Shown here: positions 54,566 to 63,620 of the stretch, piece by piece | Layout: every line of letters starts with the position of its first letter | Numbering within the stretch: the first letter of the stretch is position 1 | Assembly: GCA_903836515.1 (NCBI GenBank) | Contig: CAILQW010000012.1 | Location: 1,792-65,791 of the forward strand | Length of the DNA stretch: 64,000 nucleotides | From: Candidatus Omnitrophota bacterium | GTDB lineage: Bacteria; Omnitrophota; Gorgyraeia; Zapsychrales; Fredricksoniimonadaceae | Direction of reading: 5' to 3' | Position numbers and translations under genes: made by a program | Notes under the pieces: generated by a model | Database searches by the model: none | The model's input: only the letters and a program-made list of their open reading frames with translations | Told to the model about the DNA's origin: nothing

Positions 54566-55546
54566 TCAATTCTGTATCAAATGCCCCTTGACGGTCAGGC
54601 TTTGTTTTTTACTGCGCATCTGGACGGGTAACGCGGGGTCTTCCACAAATGAAACCGCTTTGGCCTTGCCATCCTTCCCCACGCTGAACTTGCCTTTTTC
54701 GTGGTTGTAGATGGCCAGGATCTCAGCCGCGCTTAAAGCACGGGTAAAAATGCGAACATCATCTAATTTTCCATTAAACCACTCCCACGTTGAAGTCACA
54801 GGATTCAAAACACCTAAAATCAATGGTTGTGTAACAACCGCTGAAAAATCATAACTACTCGCAACCGGAGTCCCGTAAGGCATTGCATTAACGTAAGCAT
54901 AAACTATGCCACCGCTGCGGGTGATGACAATGTGGTGCCATAAATCCAGATCCAACACCCATTTACCGGGAGATGTGATGACATCTGTAAACCAGTTGCC
55001 AATAGAGACACGAAGAAAATCACCATATGTGCTGATAATAATACCTGGTAATCCACTCCCCTTGCTGACAATCCAACACCATGAATGACCGGGTGAATCT
55101 GTTCTTGGTCCTAACCAAAAACAAAAAGAAAAATCTCCCGCACCAAAGTTAACACTGGATCCGTTACCCAAATTGACATAATTACTCGTCCCATTAAAAC
55201 TCAAAGCCCCATTCGCCACCCCAAACCTATCTGTCGTCGCTGTCGCGCCATAAATCGTGCCGTCAACGTGAAAACCACTGCTGTCATGCGCATTCCCGTT
55301 CAACTGCCAGTACCCCACGAGCCCGGTCGTGTCAAAGCCAAGCTCGTTAAAATCGGTCGCGGTCAGATCCCCTGATTTGGAAATATCAAGCGCGGCCATG
55401 ACGGGTGAAACCATCGATAACAAAACCACCAATAACACCGCCAAAAGTAGGGGCGGGTCTAAGACCCGCCCTCTCAAAATATAAATCCCAAACCATGTGG
55501 CGTGACGTGCGTGGCGTGGCATGGGATGGGATGGGCATAATCTCAT
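54566..55546 (-). CDS. Secreted LamG-like (concanavalin A-like lectin/glucanase) domain protein
   Basis: LamG_3-type features (WxLNGNAxDSSG, GKLDDVRIFTRALSAAEILAIYN). Signal peptide LLLAVLLVVLLSMVSPVMA. The ATG at 55546 (GGAGG RBS) overlaps the upstream heptosyltransferase stop (ATGA); an alternative start is Met45 (55414). Confidence 0.65.
   Translation of the reverse strand: MRLCPSHPMPRHARHATWFGIYILRGRVLDPPLLLAVLLVVLLSMVSPVMAALDISKSGDLTATDFNELGFDTTGLVGYWQLNGNAHDSSGFHVDGTIYGATATTDRFGVANGALSFNGTSNYVNLGNGSSVNFGAGDFSFCFWLGPRTDSPGHSWCWIVSKGSGLPGIIISTYGDFLRVSIGNWFTDVITSPGKWVLDLDLWHHIVITRSGGIVYAYVNAMPYGTPVASSYDFSAVVTQPLILGVLNPVTSTWEWFNGKLDDVRIFTRALSAAEILAIYNHEKGKFSVGKDGKAKAVSFVEDPALPVQMRSKKQSLTVKGHLIQN
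55451..55471. repeat. REP-like GC hairpin gggcgggtc-taa-gacccgccc (copy 3), inside the 5' coding region of the LamG-like gene
   Basis: Identical stem; encodes ...RGRVLDPP... in the predicted signal-peptide n-region. Confidence 0.8.
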
Positions 55547-56574
55547 ATTGCCTCCAAAACCCCGGGGATTTCCTTGAGCGCAGCCAGGACCTGGGCGGGG
55601 GTAATGGCATCAAGCCTGCCGCTGACAATACGGTTCCTGCGGTCAACAACAACCTCCGCCCCCGACGGCGGCAACACGATCCGGGTGAGCGGCCCCAGGG
55701 GTTTCCAGCGTTCGGGATTGATCCCGGGCTGGCGGCGCAAGAAGATCGATACGACAGGCACACCCACCGCAGCCGCCACATGCACCGGGCCGGAGTCATT
55801 GGAAACCACTGCACGGGCACACCGGAACAGGCTGACAAGACGGGCCAACGTTGTCGTGCCGGTCAAATCCATCACCGGCTGGGCTGTCATGGCCAGGATA
55901 TCCCGGGCACAGGCCTTAGCCTCCCTGCCACCGACCAAAACGATCTTCAGCCCTGTTCCTGCCAAAAGGTCGATGAGCCGGGCAAAGGATGCCGCCGGCC
56001 AACAGCGCGTCGCACAGCTGGCGTCAGCATGGATCAAAAGGAACGGGGCGTCCTGCATTTTTTCCCTGACAAAAGCATCGGCCCACGCTTCGGCAGCGGC
56101 GTCACGCGCAAGCTCAAGGGTCAGGTCCGTGCTCACCACCCCAAGCGTGCGTAAAAGATCCAGGCAGTATGCCGCTTCATGCTTTTCCCCCCAATGCCGG
56201 CGGTCCTCGACCGGACGCGACAGCATCCAGCCGAACTTCGCATTCTTGTACCCCAGCCGCGCGGGGATACCCGCCAGAACGCACGCCCCGTTGGTCCGGT
56301 GCTTGGTGTGAAAGATCACCGCCAGATCGAACTTCCTGCGGCGCAGGGCAGCAATGAAGGCCAGATACCCTCGCCACCCGCGCCCCTTGTCCTCGGTCAG
56401 GATCTCGTCAATAAAAGGCAGCCCGTCTAACAGCGGTTTTGTCGACGCATCCAGCCACACAGACACGCGGGCCCGGGGAAACGCCTGCTTGAGCGCGCGG
56501 ATGGAGGGCACGGTCAAAACCACATCTCCCATGCGGTCAGCACGGACAACAAGAATATTGCGGCATGGCGTCAT
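55543..56574 (-). CDS. ADP-heptose:LPS heptosyltransferase (GT9)
   Basis: NILVVRADRMGDVVLTVPSI N-terminal motif; C-terminal NDSGPVHVAAAVGVPVVSIF. The ATG at 56574 overlaps the upstream stop. Confidence 0.8.
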   Translation of the reverse strand: MTPCRNILVVRADRMGDVVLTVPSIRALKQAFPRARVSVWLDASTKPLLDGLPFIDEILTEDKGRGWRGYLAFIAALRRRKFDLAVIFHTKHRTNGACVLAGIPARLGYKNAKFGWMLSRPVEDRRHWGEKHEAAYCLDLLRTLGVVSTDLTLELARDAAAEAWADAFVREKMQDAPFLLIHADASCATRCWPAASFARLIDLLAGTGLKIVLVGGREAKACARDILAMTAQPVMDLTGTTTLARLVSLFRCARAVVSNDSGPVHVAAAVGVPVVSIFLRRQPGINPERWKPLGPLTRIVLPPSGAEVVVDRRNRIVSGRLDAITPAQVLAALKEIPGVLEAI

Positions 56575-57491
56575 AAAAACCTCTCCGTGGCGGCGATCAC
56601 ATCCTGCGGGCTTATCTGGGCCATGGAGGCCCCCTGGCGCACCACCGCGCACGCCGAGCTCCACGGCCCGTAATAAAACGGATCCGTCGGCCCAAACAAG
56701 GCGACAATGGGTCTGTCCAGATAACTGGCCAGATGCATGATGCCGCTGTCATTGGTCAATGCCAATGCCGCACCCTCGAGGACACCGGCAAGCTCCACCA
56801 GCGATGTCTTGCCGCAAAGGTCAAGCACCCCGCCCGGGTTGCCGGTCATAAGCCGCCGGGCCGTGGCGGCATCCTGGCCATCACCCACCAACACCACCGC
56901 CTTGCCGCGGCCATGAAAATATTCAATAAGGCGCGCGAACCCAGCCTCACTCCAGCGCTTGCGCTCATCCGCGGCGCCCGGCGCCACCGCCACATAATCC
57001 TTGCAGCCGCCCAGATACCCCTCCACAACCTTGCGGTCATCCTGGGAGAGGACGAGCGCACGGCGAGGGTAGGGCGGCTTGAGACCTTCCAGAATAAGAC
57101 CCAGACGCGTGAGATGTTTGTCCTTCATATGCATCGGGGCTGATGAAAAAGCAGGGCGAGTGACCGTACGTGCGCGCAGCAAAAACGGCAGGGATGAATT
57201 GCGCAAGTCGACCACAAGATCGTAACGCGAACGGCGCATCGCCGCCAGCCAGGCCAAGGCCTGCCGCCAGCTCATGTGCTTGTCAAAAGGGATGGTCCGG
57301 TCGATATGCGGATTGCTGCAAAAAAAAGACGCGGCTTTCGGGCCGACGATGACCTCAAGCCGGGCACGCGGGAAAAAAGCGCCCAGCGCATCAACGACCG
57401 GAAATGTCATGACGACATCGCCGATATTGCTGAGCGACACCAGAAGGATGTGGTCAACCTTTGAGGATCTGGAAAGTTTGAAGAACATCAT
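56571..57491 (-). CDS. ADP-heptose:LPS heptosyltransferase (GT9)
   Basis: ILLVSLSNIGDVVMTFP motif; NDSGIMHLASYLDRPIVALFGPTDP. Confidence 0.8.
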   Translation of the reverse strand: MMFFKLSRSSKVDHILLVSLSNIGDVVMTFPVVDALGAFFPRARLEVIVGPKAASFFCSNPHIDRTIPFDKHMSWRQALAWLAAMRRSRYDLVVDLRNSSLPFLLRARTVTRPAFSSAPMHMKDKHLTRLGLILEGLKPPYPRRALVLSQDDRKVVEGYLGGCKDYVAVAPGAADERKRWSEAGFARLIEYFHGRGKAVVLVGDGQDAATARRLMTGNPGGVLDLCGKTSLVELAGVLEGAALALTNDSGIMHLASYLDRPIVALFGPTDPFYYGPWSSACAVVRQGASMAQISPQDVIAATERFL

Positions 57492-58491
57492 CCACCGTCA
57501 AGGCTTTCATGCACCGGTTATCGGGACACTCCAGGTAATAACAGGGCGCGCGGTTGCATCCCGTATCCCGCGTCAACACCCTGACACGCCCCTGCCCGCA
57601 GGGGCCGGTGATCTCCGGACGGGTGGGCCCGAAAAGCGCCACCACATTCGCCCCCACCGCGCTGGCCACATGCACCGGGCCCGAATCCGCGGAAACCACC
57701 ATATAAGCACGCTTGAAAAGCGCGGCCAATTCCTTGAGGCCCGTGTCCCCTGCCAGCACCAGCGGATCAACACCCGAATCCCTGGCGATGGCGCGCACAC
57801 GTTCGATATCACAAGGGCCCCCGGGAAGGATCACTTTTAACCCCAGTTCACATGTCAGGCGCGCGGCCAATGCCGCAAATCGCTCGGATGGCCACTGCTT
57901 GAGGCCCCAATTTCCGCCGGTATTGAGCACCACAATGCGTTCCTCCCCGGCCAGCCCCCTGGATCGCAAGAGCGACGCCACACGCTCGCAGGCATCGCGG
58001 CTCACCTCCAGGCGGCAGGAGCGATCCTTCACCTTCACGCCAAAAACCTCGACCACCTTAAGATAGACATCACGGCGGTGCATGGCATCAACGCCTGTGT
58101 CATCAGCCGTATGGGTCAATGGAAAGCCCTTCCCCCCAAACCCGGCACGCACCGGGATCCCGGCAATCCATGCCAGCCATGACCGCGACAAAGACCGCCG
58201 GAGAATGAACGCGGCATCAAAATGCCCCCCGCGCAGGGCCAGGCCGGCCCCGATCATGCCTGTCAGCCCCCGGGCCTTCCCCGCCTCGTCATAAACGATC
58301 ACCTCATCCACATCCGGGCACAGCTCAAGGACATCCTTCACCCGCGGCACCGCCAGCGCCGTGACACGCGCACCCGGATACGCTGTCTTGAGCGCCCGGT
58401 AAACCGGGGTTGAAAAAACAACATCACCGATCCAGTTCACGGAAACAACAAGGATATTACGCACGGGCAACCACCGCCTTCCGGTAAACAT
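57454..58491 (-). CDS. ADP-heptose:LPS heptosyltransferase (GT9)
   Basis: NILVVSVNWIGDVVFSTPVY motif; ADSGPVHVASAVGANVVALFGPT. The start is either ATG 58491 or GTG 58464; the upstream 250 aa in the ORF track is the alternative frame of the GT4 gene. Confidence 0.75.
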   Translation of the reverse strand: MFTGRRWLPVRNILVVSVNWIGDVVFSTPVYRALKTAYPGARVTALAVPRVKDVLELCPDVDEVIVYDEAGKARGLTGMIGAGLALRGGHFDAAFILRRSLSRSWLAWIAGIPVRAGFGGKGFPLTHTADDTGVDAMHRRDVYLKVVEVFGVKVKDRSCRLEVSRDACERVASLLRSRGLAGEERIVVLNTGGNWGLKQWPSERFAALAARLTCELGLKVILPGGPCDIERVRAIARDSGVDPLVLAGDTGLKELAALFKRAYMVVSADSGPVHVASAVGANVVALFGPTRPEITGPCGQGRVRVLTRDTGCNRAPCYYLECPDNRCMKALTVDDVLQTFQILKG

Positions 58492-59566
58492 CCAGGGTCT
58501 TTGCCACCATGGTATCGGCGGAGAAATCCGCCATGATCCGCGCACGACCCGCACACCCGAAACGTTGGGCAAGCTCCTTGTCCGCCAGCAATTTTTCCAG
58601 TGCGGCGGTGAGCGCGGCGGGGTCTTTAACCGGGACCAGGAAACCGGTCGTCCCGTCGAGTACCGCTTCCACAAGCCCCCCGGCCCGTGAAGCAACAACA
58701 GGAATACCGCACGCCGCGGCCTCCATGGCCGAAAGCCCCAGCCCTTCCTGAAGGGAGGGCATGGCGAAGACGTCAAAGACCGGCAGGATCTCCTGCGGCC
58801 GTCCCGTGATACGCCAAAAAAGTACGGTTTGTTCAAGGCCGCGGGCCGCCACCATGGCCTTGAGGCGTTCCTCCATCGGCCCTTCGCCCACCAGAAGGCA
58901 TATGACACCCGGCACACGGCCGCGCAGGGCATCCATGGCTTCAATGAGGTACACATGCCCCTTGACATCCGAGAGGCGCGCCAGCATCCCCACCACCGGG
59001 GCGGCAGCATCAAGGCCGAAACTTTCGCGCAGGGTCTTGCGCTCCGGGGGTATGACGGGTTTAAAACACACAGGATCAATGCCATTGGGAACACATGTAA
59101 CCCGGGCTTCCGGCACATGCAGATCGCGCACCAGATGGTCGGCCACAGGACGGCTGATGGCAATCGCCCGGCGCCCCCACAGCGGGAAAAGAAGGCGCGA
59201 GAGGCGCGGCTTGAAAAAACCATGACAGGTGGAGACATACGGCCGGCCCGTCATGCCGGCACAGGCGGCAGACACCACCTGCGTGACCCGGGTATTGGCG
59301 TGCAGGATATCAACGCCCTGCCGACGCACCAGACGAGAAACCCGGCGCACTGCCGACAGCAACGCTGGATGGGCTTCACATTTAACCGCCAGGGCAGGAA
59401 CGGCCAGATGGCGGATACCCAGGCTCTCGGCTTGCGCCACGCACCCGCCGCCGGAGGAGGCAATGAAGACCTCATGCCCGCGGTCGACATAGCCTTTCCC
59501 CAGCGTCAGAAGACAGGTCGTAATGCCGCCGGCGTTGAAATGGTTGGCCAAAAGAAGTATTTTCAT
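58457..59566 (-). CDS. Glycosyltransferase family 4 (GT-B, EX7E motif)
   Basis: MKILLLANHFNAGG N-terminus; EGLGLSAMEAAACGIPVVAS motif. Confidence 0.8.
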   Translation of the reverse strand: MKILLLANHFNAGGITTCLLTLGKGYVDRGHEVFIASSGGGCVAQAESLGIRHLAVPALAVKCEAHPALLSAVRRVSRLVRRQGVDILHANTRVTQVVSAACAGMTGRPYVSTCHGFFKPRLSRLLFPLWGRRAIAISRPVADHLVRDLHVPEARVTCVPNGIDPVCFKPVIPPERKTLRESFGLDAAAPVVGMLARLSDVKGHVYLIEAMDALRGRVPGVICLLVGEGPMEERLKAMVAARGLEQTVLFWRITGRPQEILPVFDVFAMPSLQEGLGLSAMEAAACGIPVVASRAGGLVEAVLDGTTGFLVPVKDPAALTAALEKLLADKELAQRFGCAGRARIMADFSADTMVAKTLDVYRKAVVARA

Positions 59567-61674
59567 GGCCGCGCCGCAACAGGCTGTTTGAGGATTTTCC
59601 TGATCTCCAGATAAACCTCGTACGCTGTAATATCTTTAAGGCATGCCTGGACCCCCCAACGGCATTGAGGCAGATAACAGGGGCGGCAATCCATTTCCCG
59701 GGTCATCACACAGACCTTGCCCGGCGGAACATGCCGCTGGGGGCTCGTGGGGCCGAAGAGCGCGATGGCCGGCACCTTCATGGCAGAGGCCACATGGAGC
59801 GGCGCCGAATCGGGCGTGACAAATACCCGGCAACGCGCAATAAGGGCGGCCAGCTGGAGGATATTTGTTTTGCCGACGATCATCCCCGGCTTGGACCTGG
59901 CCTTGGTCATCAGCGCCCGGGCGACAGGACGGTCCTTTTCCATGCCCGTGATGATGACACGGATCCCGTCGGCGGCCAGCCGGTCACAAAGCTCGGCCAT
60001 GGACGCCACCGGCCAGTTCTTCGAGGGCCAGCGCTGCGAGGCGGCAAGATTGATGCCGACAATGGTGTGATCTTTCTCGTCGATCCACTGCCCGTGCAGG
60101 AGTTCGCGCGCAAAGTCCTGATCGTCGCGGCGCGGCCACATTTCCAGACGAAAGCCCTCATCATAAGCGATCCCCAGCTTTTCCAGGATCCGGAACTGAT
60201 GCGGAACTGGCGCCAGCCCCGGCTGGTCGTCCTTGATCCCGTCGGTCAGAAGGAGGCCCAGCTTCCCGTTACGGTAGCCATAACTCGAACGCGGCAGGCA
60301 CAAGGCCGCCAACAGATGGCTGCGGGCATTGTTCTGAAGATCGATCACCTTGTCAAAATGATATTTACGCAGCTGCATCAGCGCACGTCCAAGGCCGCGT
60401 ACGCCCCTGTCCTTGCCCTTGTGGTCATACACGACAACATCATCCACATAAGGACACCCGTGCATGAGCGGCGCGCCGGAAGGGCCCGTCAGACAGGTGA
60501 TACGCGCCTGCGGAAAACGTTCGCGCAGGGCCCTGAAGGCCGGGCTCGACAGGATAACGTCACCCACGGCCCCCAGCTTGATGACAAGGATATTCGTAGA
60601 CCGGCGGGCCTCCTCGTAGACCGCGATGGTCTTCACGGCCATCTGCTCCAGGGTGTATTTCTCCTCCACAGCCTGGCGGGCCGCAACAGCCAAGCCATCG
60701 GCGAATTTGCGGTCATTGACCAGGCGCATGACCGCGGCGGCGATCCCCTCAGCGTCTTTGGGAAGCACAAGGAGCCCTGTGCGTTCATGGGCAACAATAT
60801 CCACCACCCCGCCCACCTTGGTGGCCACAACAGGCACGCCTACCGCCTGGGCCTCGATGAGGACACGGCCAAACGCCTCCTGTGTCACTGTGGAAAGGAC
60901 AAGGATATCTGTATCATTTAAGAGCTGGGGAATATCGCTGCGGTTGCCTAAAAACTCCACATTCCCCGCGATCCCCAGGCGCCGCGTGAGCAGCATCAGG
61001 CTGTCCTTGTAATCCTGTTTCCCCGGCGGCGCATCGCCGATGACGTGCACCTGCACAAAGGGCATCAGACGTATGACCCTGGCCATCCCCTGGAGGAACC
61101 AGGGATGCCCTTTAAGGGGGGTGATGCGCCCGATCATAGAGACCACGACCGCAGAACGGCCGGCGGGGCGTTCCCTGAATTTGAATTTCTCAAGGTCAAC
61201 GCTGCGCGGGATCAGCCGTATATTGTCCGGATGCACGCCAAAATGGTCGATCATATGCCGCCCGACCACTTCGCTGATAACAATGACCCTTTTCCCCCAG
61301 CCCATGATGCGGCTGAGCATGTTCTGGGAATAATACCCGTGGCATGTCGTGACAAATTCCGCATCCGTCTTGCGGGCGGCCCACCAGGCGATCCATGCCG
61401 GAACCCGCGAACGCGCATGCACAATGTCGACTTTCTCATCGTGAATGATCCGGCGGAGGGCCTTCATGCAGTGCCAGGCCACAACAAAATTCTTGCGATG
61501 GACCGGCAGGACATAATGCCTGATGCCCAGGGCTTCAAGCTGGGCCACCATGGCACCTCCATTGGAAACGACAAGCGCGTCATGCCCATGATTTTTCAAA
61601 TAAACGGCAAGGTCGACTGTGCCGCGTTCCACACCGCCGACATTCAATTCAGGAAGTACCTGCAGGATCTTCAC
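59563..61674 (-). CDS. Bifunctional fusion: N-terminal GT4 glycosyltransferase plus C-terminal GT9 heptosyltransferase
   Basis: Residues 1-370 carry GT4 features (MKILQVLPELNVGGVE...EAFGRVLIEAQAVGVPVVAT). Residues ~375-703 carry GT9 features (NILVIKLGAVGDVILSSPAF...PDSAPLHVASAMKVPAIALFGPT). Confidence 0.75.
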   Translation of the reverse strand: MKILQVLPELNVGGVERGTVDLAVYLKNHGHDALVVSNGGAMVAQLEALGIRHYVLPVHRKNFVVAWHCMKALRRIIHDEKVDIVHARSRVPAWIAWWAARKTDAEFVTTCHGYYSQNMLSRIMGWGKRVIVISEVVGRHMIDHFGVHPDNIRLIPRSVDLEKFKFRERPAGRSAVVVSMIGRITPLKGHPWFLQGMARVIRLMPFVQVHVIGDAPPGKQDYKDSLMLLTRRLGIAGNVEFLGNRSDIPQLLNDTDILVLSTVTQEAFGRVLIEAQAVGVPVVATKVGGVVDIVAHERTGLLVLPKDAEGIAAAVMRLVNDRKFADGLAVAARQAVEEKYTLEQMAVKTIAVYEEARRSTNILVIKLGAVGDVILSSPAFRALRERFPQARITCLTGPSGAPLMHGCPYVDDVVVYDHKGKDRGVRGLGRALMQLRKYHFDKVIDLQNNARSHLLAALCLPRSSYGYRNGKLGLLLTDGIKDDQPGLAPVPHQFRILEKLGIAYDEGFRLEMWPRRDDQDFARELLHGQWIDEKDHTIVGINLAASQRWPSKNWPVASMAELCDRLAADGIRVIITGMEKDRPVARALMTKARSKPGMIVGKTNILQLAALIARCRVFVTPDSAPLHVASAMKVPAIALFGPTSPQRHVPPGKVCVMTREMDCRPCYLPQCRWGVQACLKDITAYEVYLEIRKILKQPVAARP

Positions 61675-63620
61675 CGTATCAGCCTCCGCATCGCATCCTT
61701 GAGGAGCGTGCTGTCATGGATGGGTTTTGTCACGATCTTGTTCCTCAGGACGGTGTCAATGGCCGCCGCGACACCGGAAGGCGCGGCAAAAATAATGTGC
61801 CCCTGTTCCGCCAGCCTGGCACAAAAACGGGCGTACTTCCCGTCGCGGGATGCTCCGACAGAGAAAACGACAGTCTTCTTCCCCGACGTCGAAGCTTCCG
61901 AGATCATGGAGATGCTCTCCCCCGACACCACGACCAGATCCGCCAGCCCCAGCATCCCGCCCACGGCCTCGGGGACATTGGCCTTGTTGGCGATGATCAA
62001 CAGAGCTGTCCGGGCATAATCCTTAAACGCACGGATGACCGCCTGTTCGACGAGCGGTGGTGTCCGGCGGGATGTTGTCACAAGGACGTCAAAACCAAAC
62101 TCCTCGGCTGCGGACTTCAGCTGATGCAAAACGATCTTCATGTCATGTTCGGACATGACCACACCTTTGGTGTTGCCGCCGATCAGGACCGCGATCTTGG
62201 GACGGACATTCTGGCGCAAATGCTGGTAGCGCAAGGTCAGCGCTTTGATGTTGTCCTCCAGATACGCCTTGTCCATCAGGTTGGGCGCGCCTTTGGTCAC
62301 GACCACATTCAACGCCGGCGTACCGCCCTGCAGGTCATGCTGCGGCAAGACCACCAGGCTGAAGGCTTTGAGGGGAACTATCCCCGGGCGAAGGATCGCG
62401 ACCGAACGCGCGCCATTATCGCGGGCAACCCATGCGTTCACCGCGGCGTTACGCGTACCGCTGGAGATCACCACATCCGGACGGATCCTCGAAAGCGCGC
62501 GTGCGGTTGACGGCGTCACGTAACGCTCCAGCGCCCCCAGCCAGCGGCCGCCGTATACAAACGCCCAGGGAAAAAGTTTCGCCATGCCCTGGTTTCGAAA
62601 ACCGACCGTAACCGTTTCGGTAAAAACCATCAATCCTTTTTCAAACGCCGCCTCGGCGTACGCCCTGGCCGCTGCCTGGGACTGCCGTAAATGGCCCACA
62701 CGCCCGTCATCGAGGATGAGCACCGTAGCACTTTTGTCGTATTTCCAGGTCTTGTAAAACCATACATATTCCTGCGGATTCTCACTCACCCACACCTCAT
62801 ACTGATGCATCATCCGGCGCAGGTTCTCCTGAATATCGTTATCGGTATTTCCGGTCGACTTCAATTCAAAGGGCACGGCCGTAAGGTGATGGCGTCCGCC
62901 GCCCGTCCGGTGGATATTGACCAAAATCACCGGCACATCATATTTCAACGCAATCCGGACCGCACCTGTGGACATGGCAGCCTGCCGCCCGAAGAACGGG
63001 ACCATTACCCCGTCGGAACCGCCCTGGTCGGCCACCAGCGTCACGATCTCGTTTTTAAAAAGCCGGCGGATGATCTCGCGTCCGCCGATTCCCGGATGGA
63101 TGATGCGGCAGCCGCCGCTCCGGCGCAAGCTGTTGATAAATTCCGCGACCTTGTTGATATTGTTGAGCTCATTGGCCACCATGTTATAGGGATAACCGGC
63201 CATGCTCCCCACCATATTGGAAAGCTCCCAGTTACCGGCATGGATGGATAGAAAAATACAGCCCTTGCCTTTTTTCATGGCCGCATCCACATGCTCACGC
63301 CCCTTGACATCGACACAGGACGCGTAGCCATGACGCGCGATGAGCGGGAGCCGCGCCAGCTCAATGATGCTTTGCCCGTAACAGCGGTAAAACCCACGCA
63401 TGATCGCCCGGCGTTCAGCCAAAGAATGTGTCCTGCCAAACGCCGTTTTCAAATGCGCCATGACCAGCCGGCGCTGGCGCGGCCCAGCCGCCCGGGCCAT
63501 ATCCCCGATGCGCCGCCCCAGAAACAGGGCCGCACCAGGAGGCAAGGCACAGACAAACGCCGAAAATACTTTAAGGATGCCCGAAGCGAGCGAGCCTTGA
63601 AAGGAGTTCATCTTCCCCAT
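61671..63620 (-). CDS. Fusion of an LpxL/HtrB-family lipid A late acyltransferase (N-terminal) with an ELM1/DUF1022-like GT-B-like domain (C-terminal)
   Basis: N-terminal LPLAT HX4D motif SIHAGNWE and HtrB-like length. The C-terminal VLILDDGRVGHLRQSQAAARAYAEA resembles the ELM1-family start (L.LSDG..GHENQ..GLAEAL). Confidence 0.65.
   Translation of the reverse strand: MGKMNSFQGSLASGILKVFSAFVCALPPGAALFLGRRIGDMARAAGPRQRRLVMAHLKTAFGRTHSLAERRAIMRGFYRCYGQSIIELARLPLIARHGYASCVDVKGREHVDAAMKKGKGCIFLSIHAGNWELSNMVGSMAGYPYNMVANELNNINKVAEFINSLRRSGGCRIIHPGIGGREIIRRLFKNEIVTLVADQGGSDGVMVPFFGRQAAMSTGAVRIALKYDVPVILVNIHRTGGGRHHLTAVPFELKSTGNTDNDIQENLRRMMHQYEVWVSENPQEYVWFYKTWKYDKSATVLILDDGRVGHLRQSQAAARAYAEAAFEKGLMVFTETVTVGFRNQGMAKLFPWAFVYGGRWLGALERYVTPSTARALSRIRPDVVISSGTRNAAVNAWVARDNGARSVAILRPGIVPLKAFSLVVLPQHDLQGGTPALNVVVTKGAPNLMDKAYLEDNIKALTLRYQHLRQNVRPKIAVLIGGNTKGVVMSEHDMKIVLHQLKSAAEEFGFDVLVTTSRRTPPLVEQAVIRAFKDYARTALLIIANKANVPEAVGGMLGLADLVVVSGESISMISEASTSGKKTVVFSVGASRDGKYARFCARLAEQGHIIFAAPSGVAAAIDTVLRNKIVTKPIHDSTLLKDAMRRLIR

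Noticed and set aside
57454-59238. 594 aa ORF suggesting a giant heptosyltransferase
   Set aside because: The first ~250 residues are the alternative frame of the GT4 gene 58457..59566 (Pro/Arg/Trp-rich, non-ATG start); only the C-terminal GT9 part is real.
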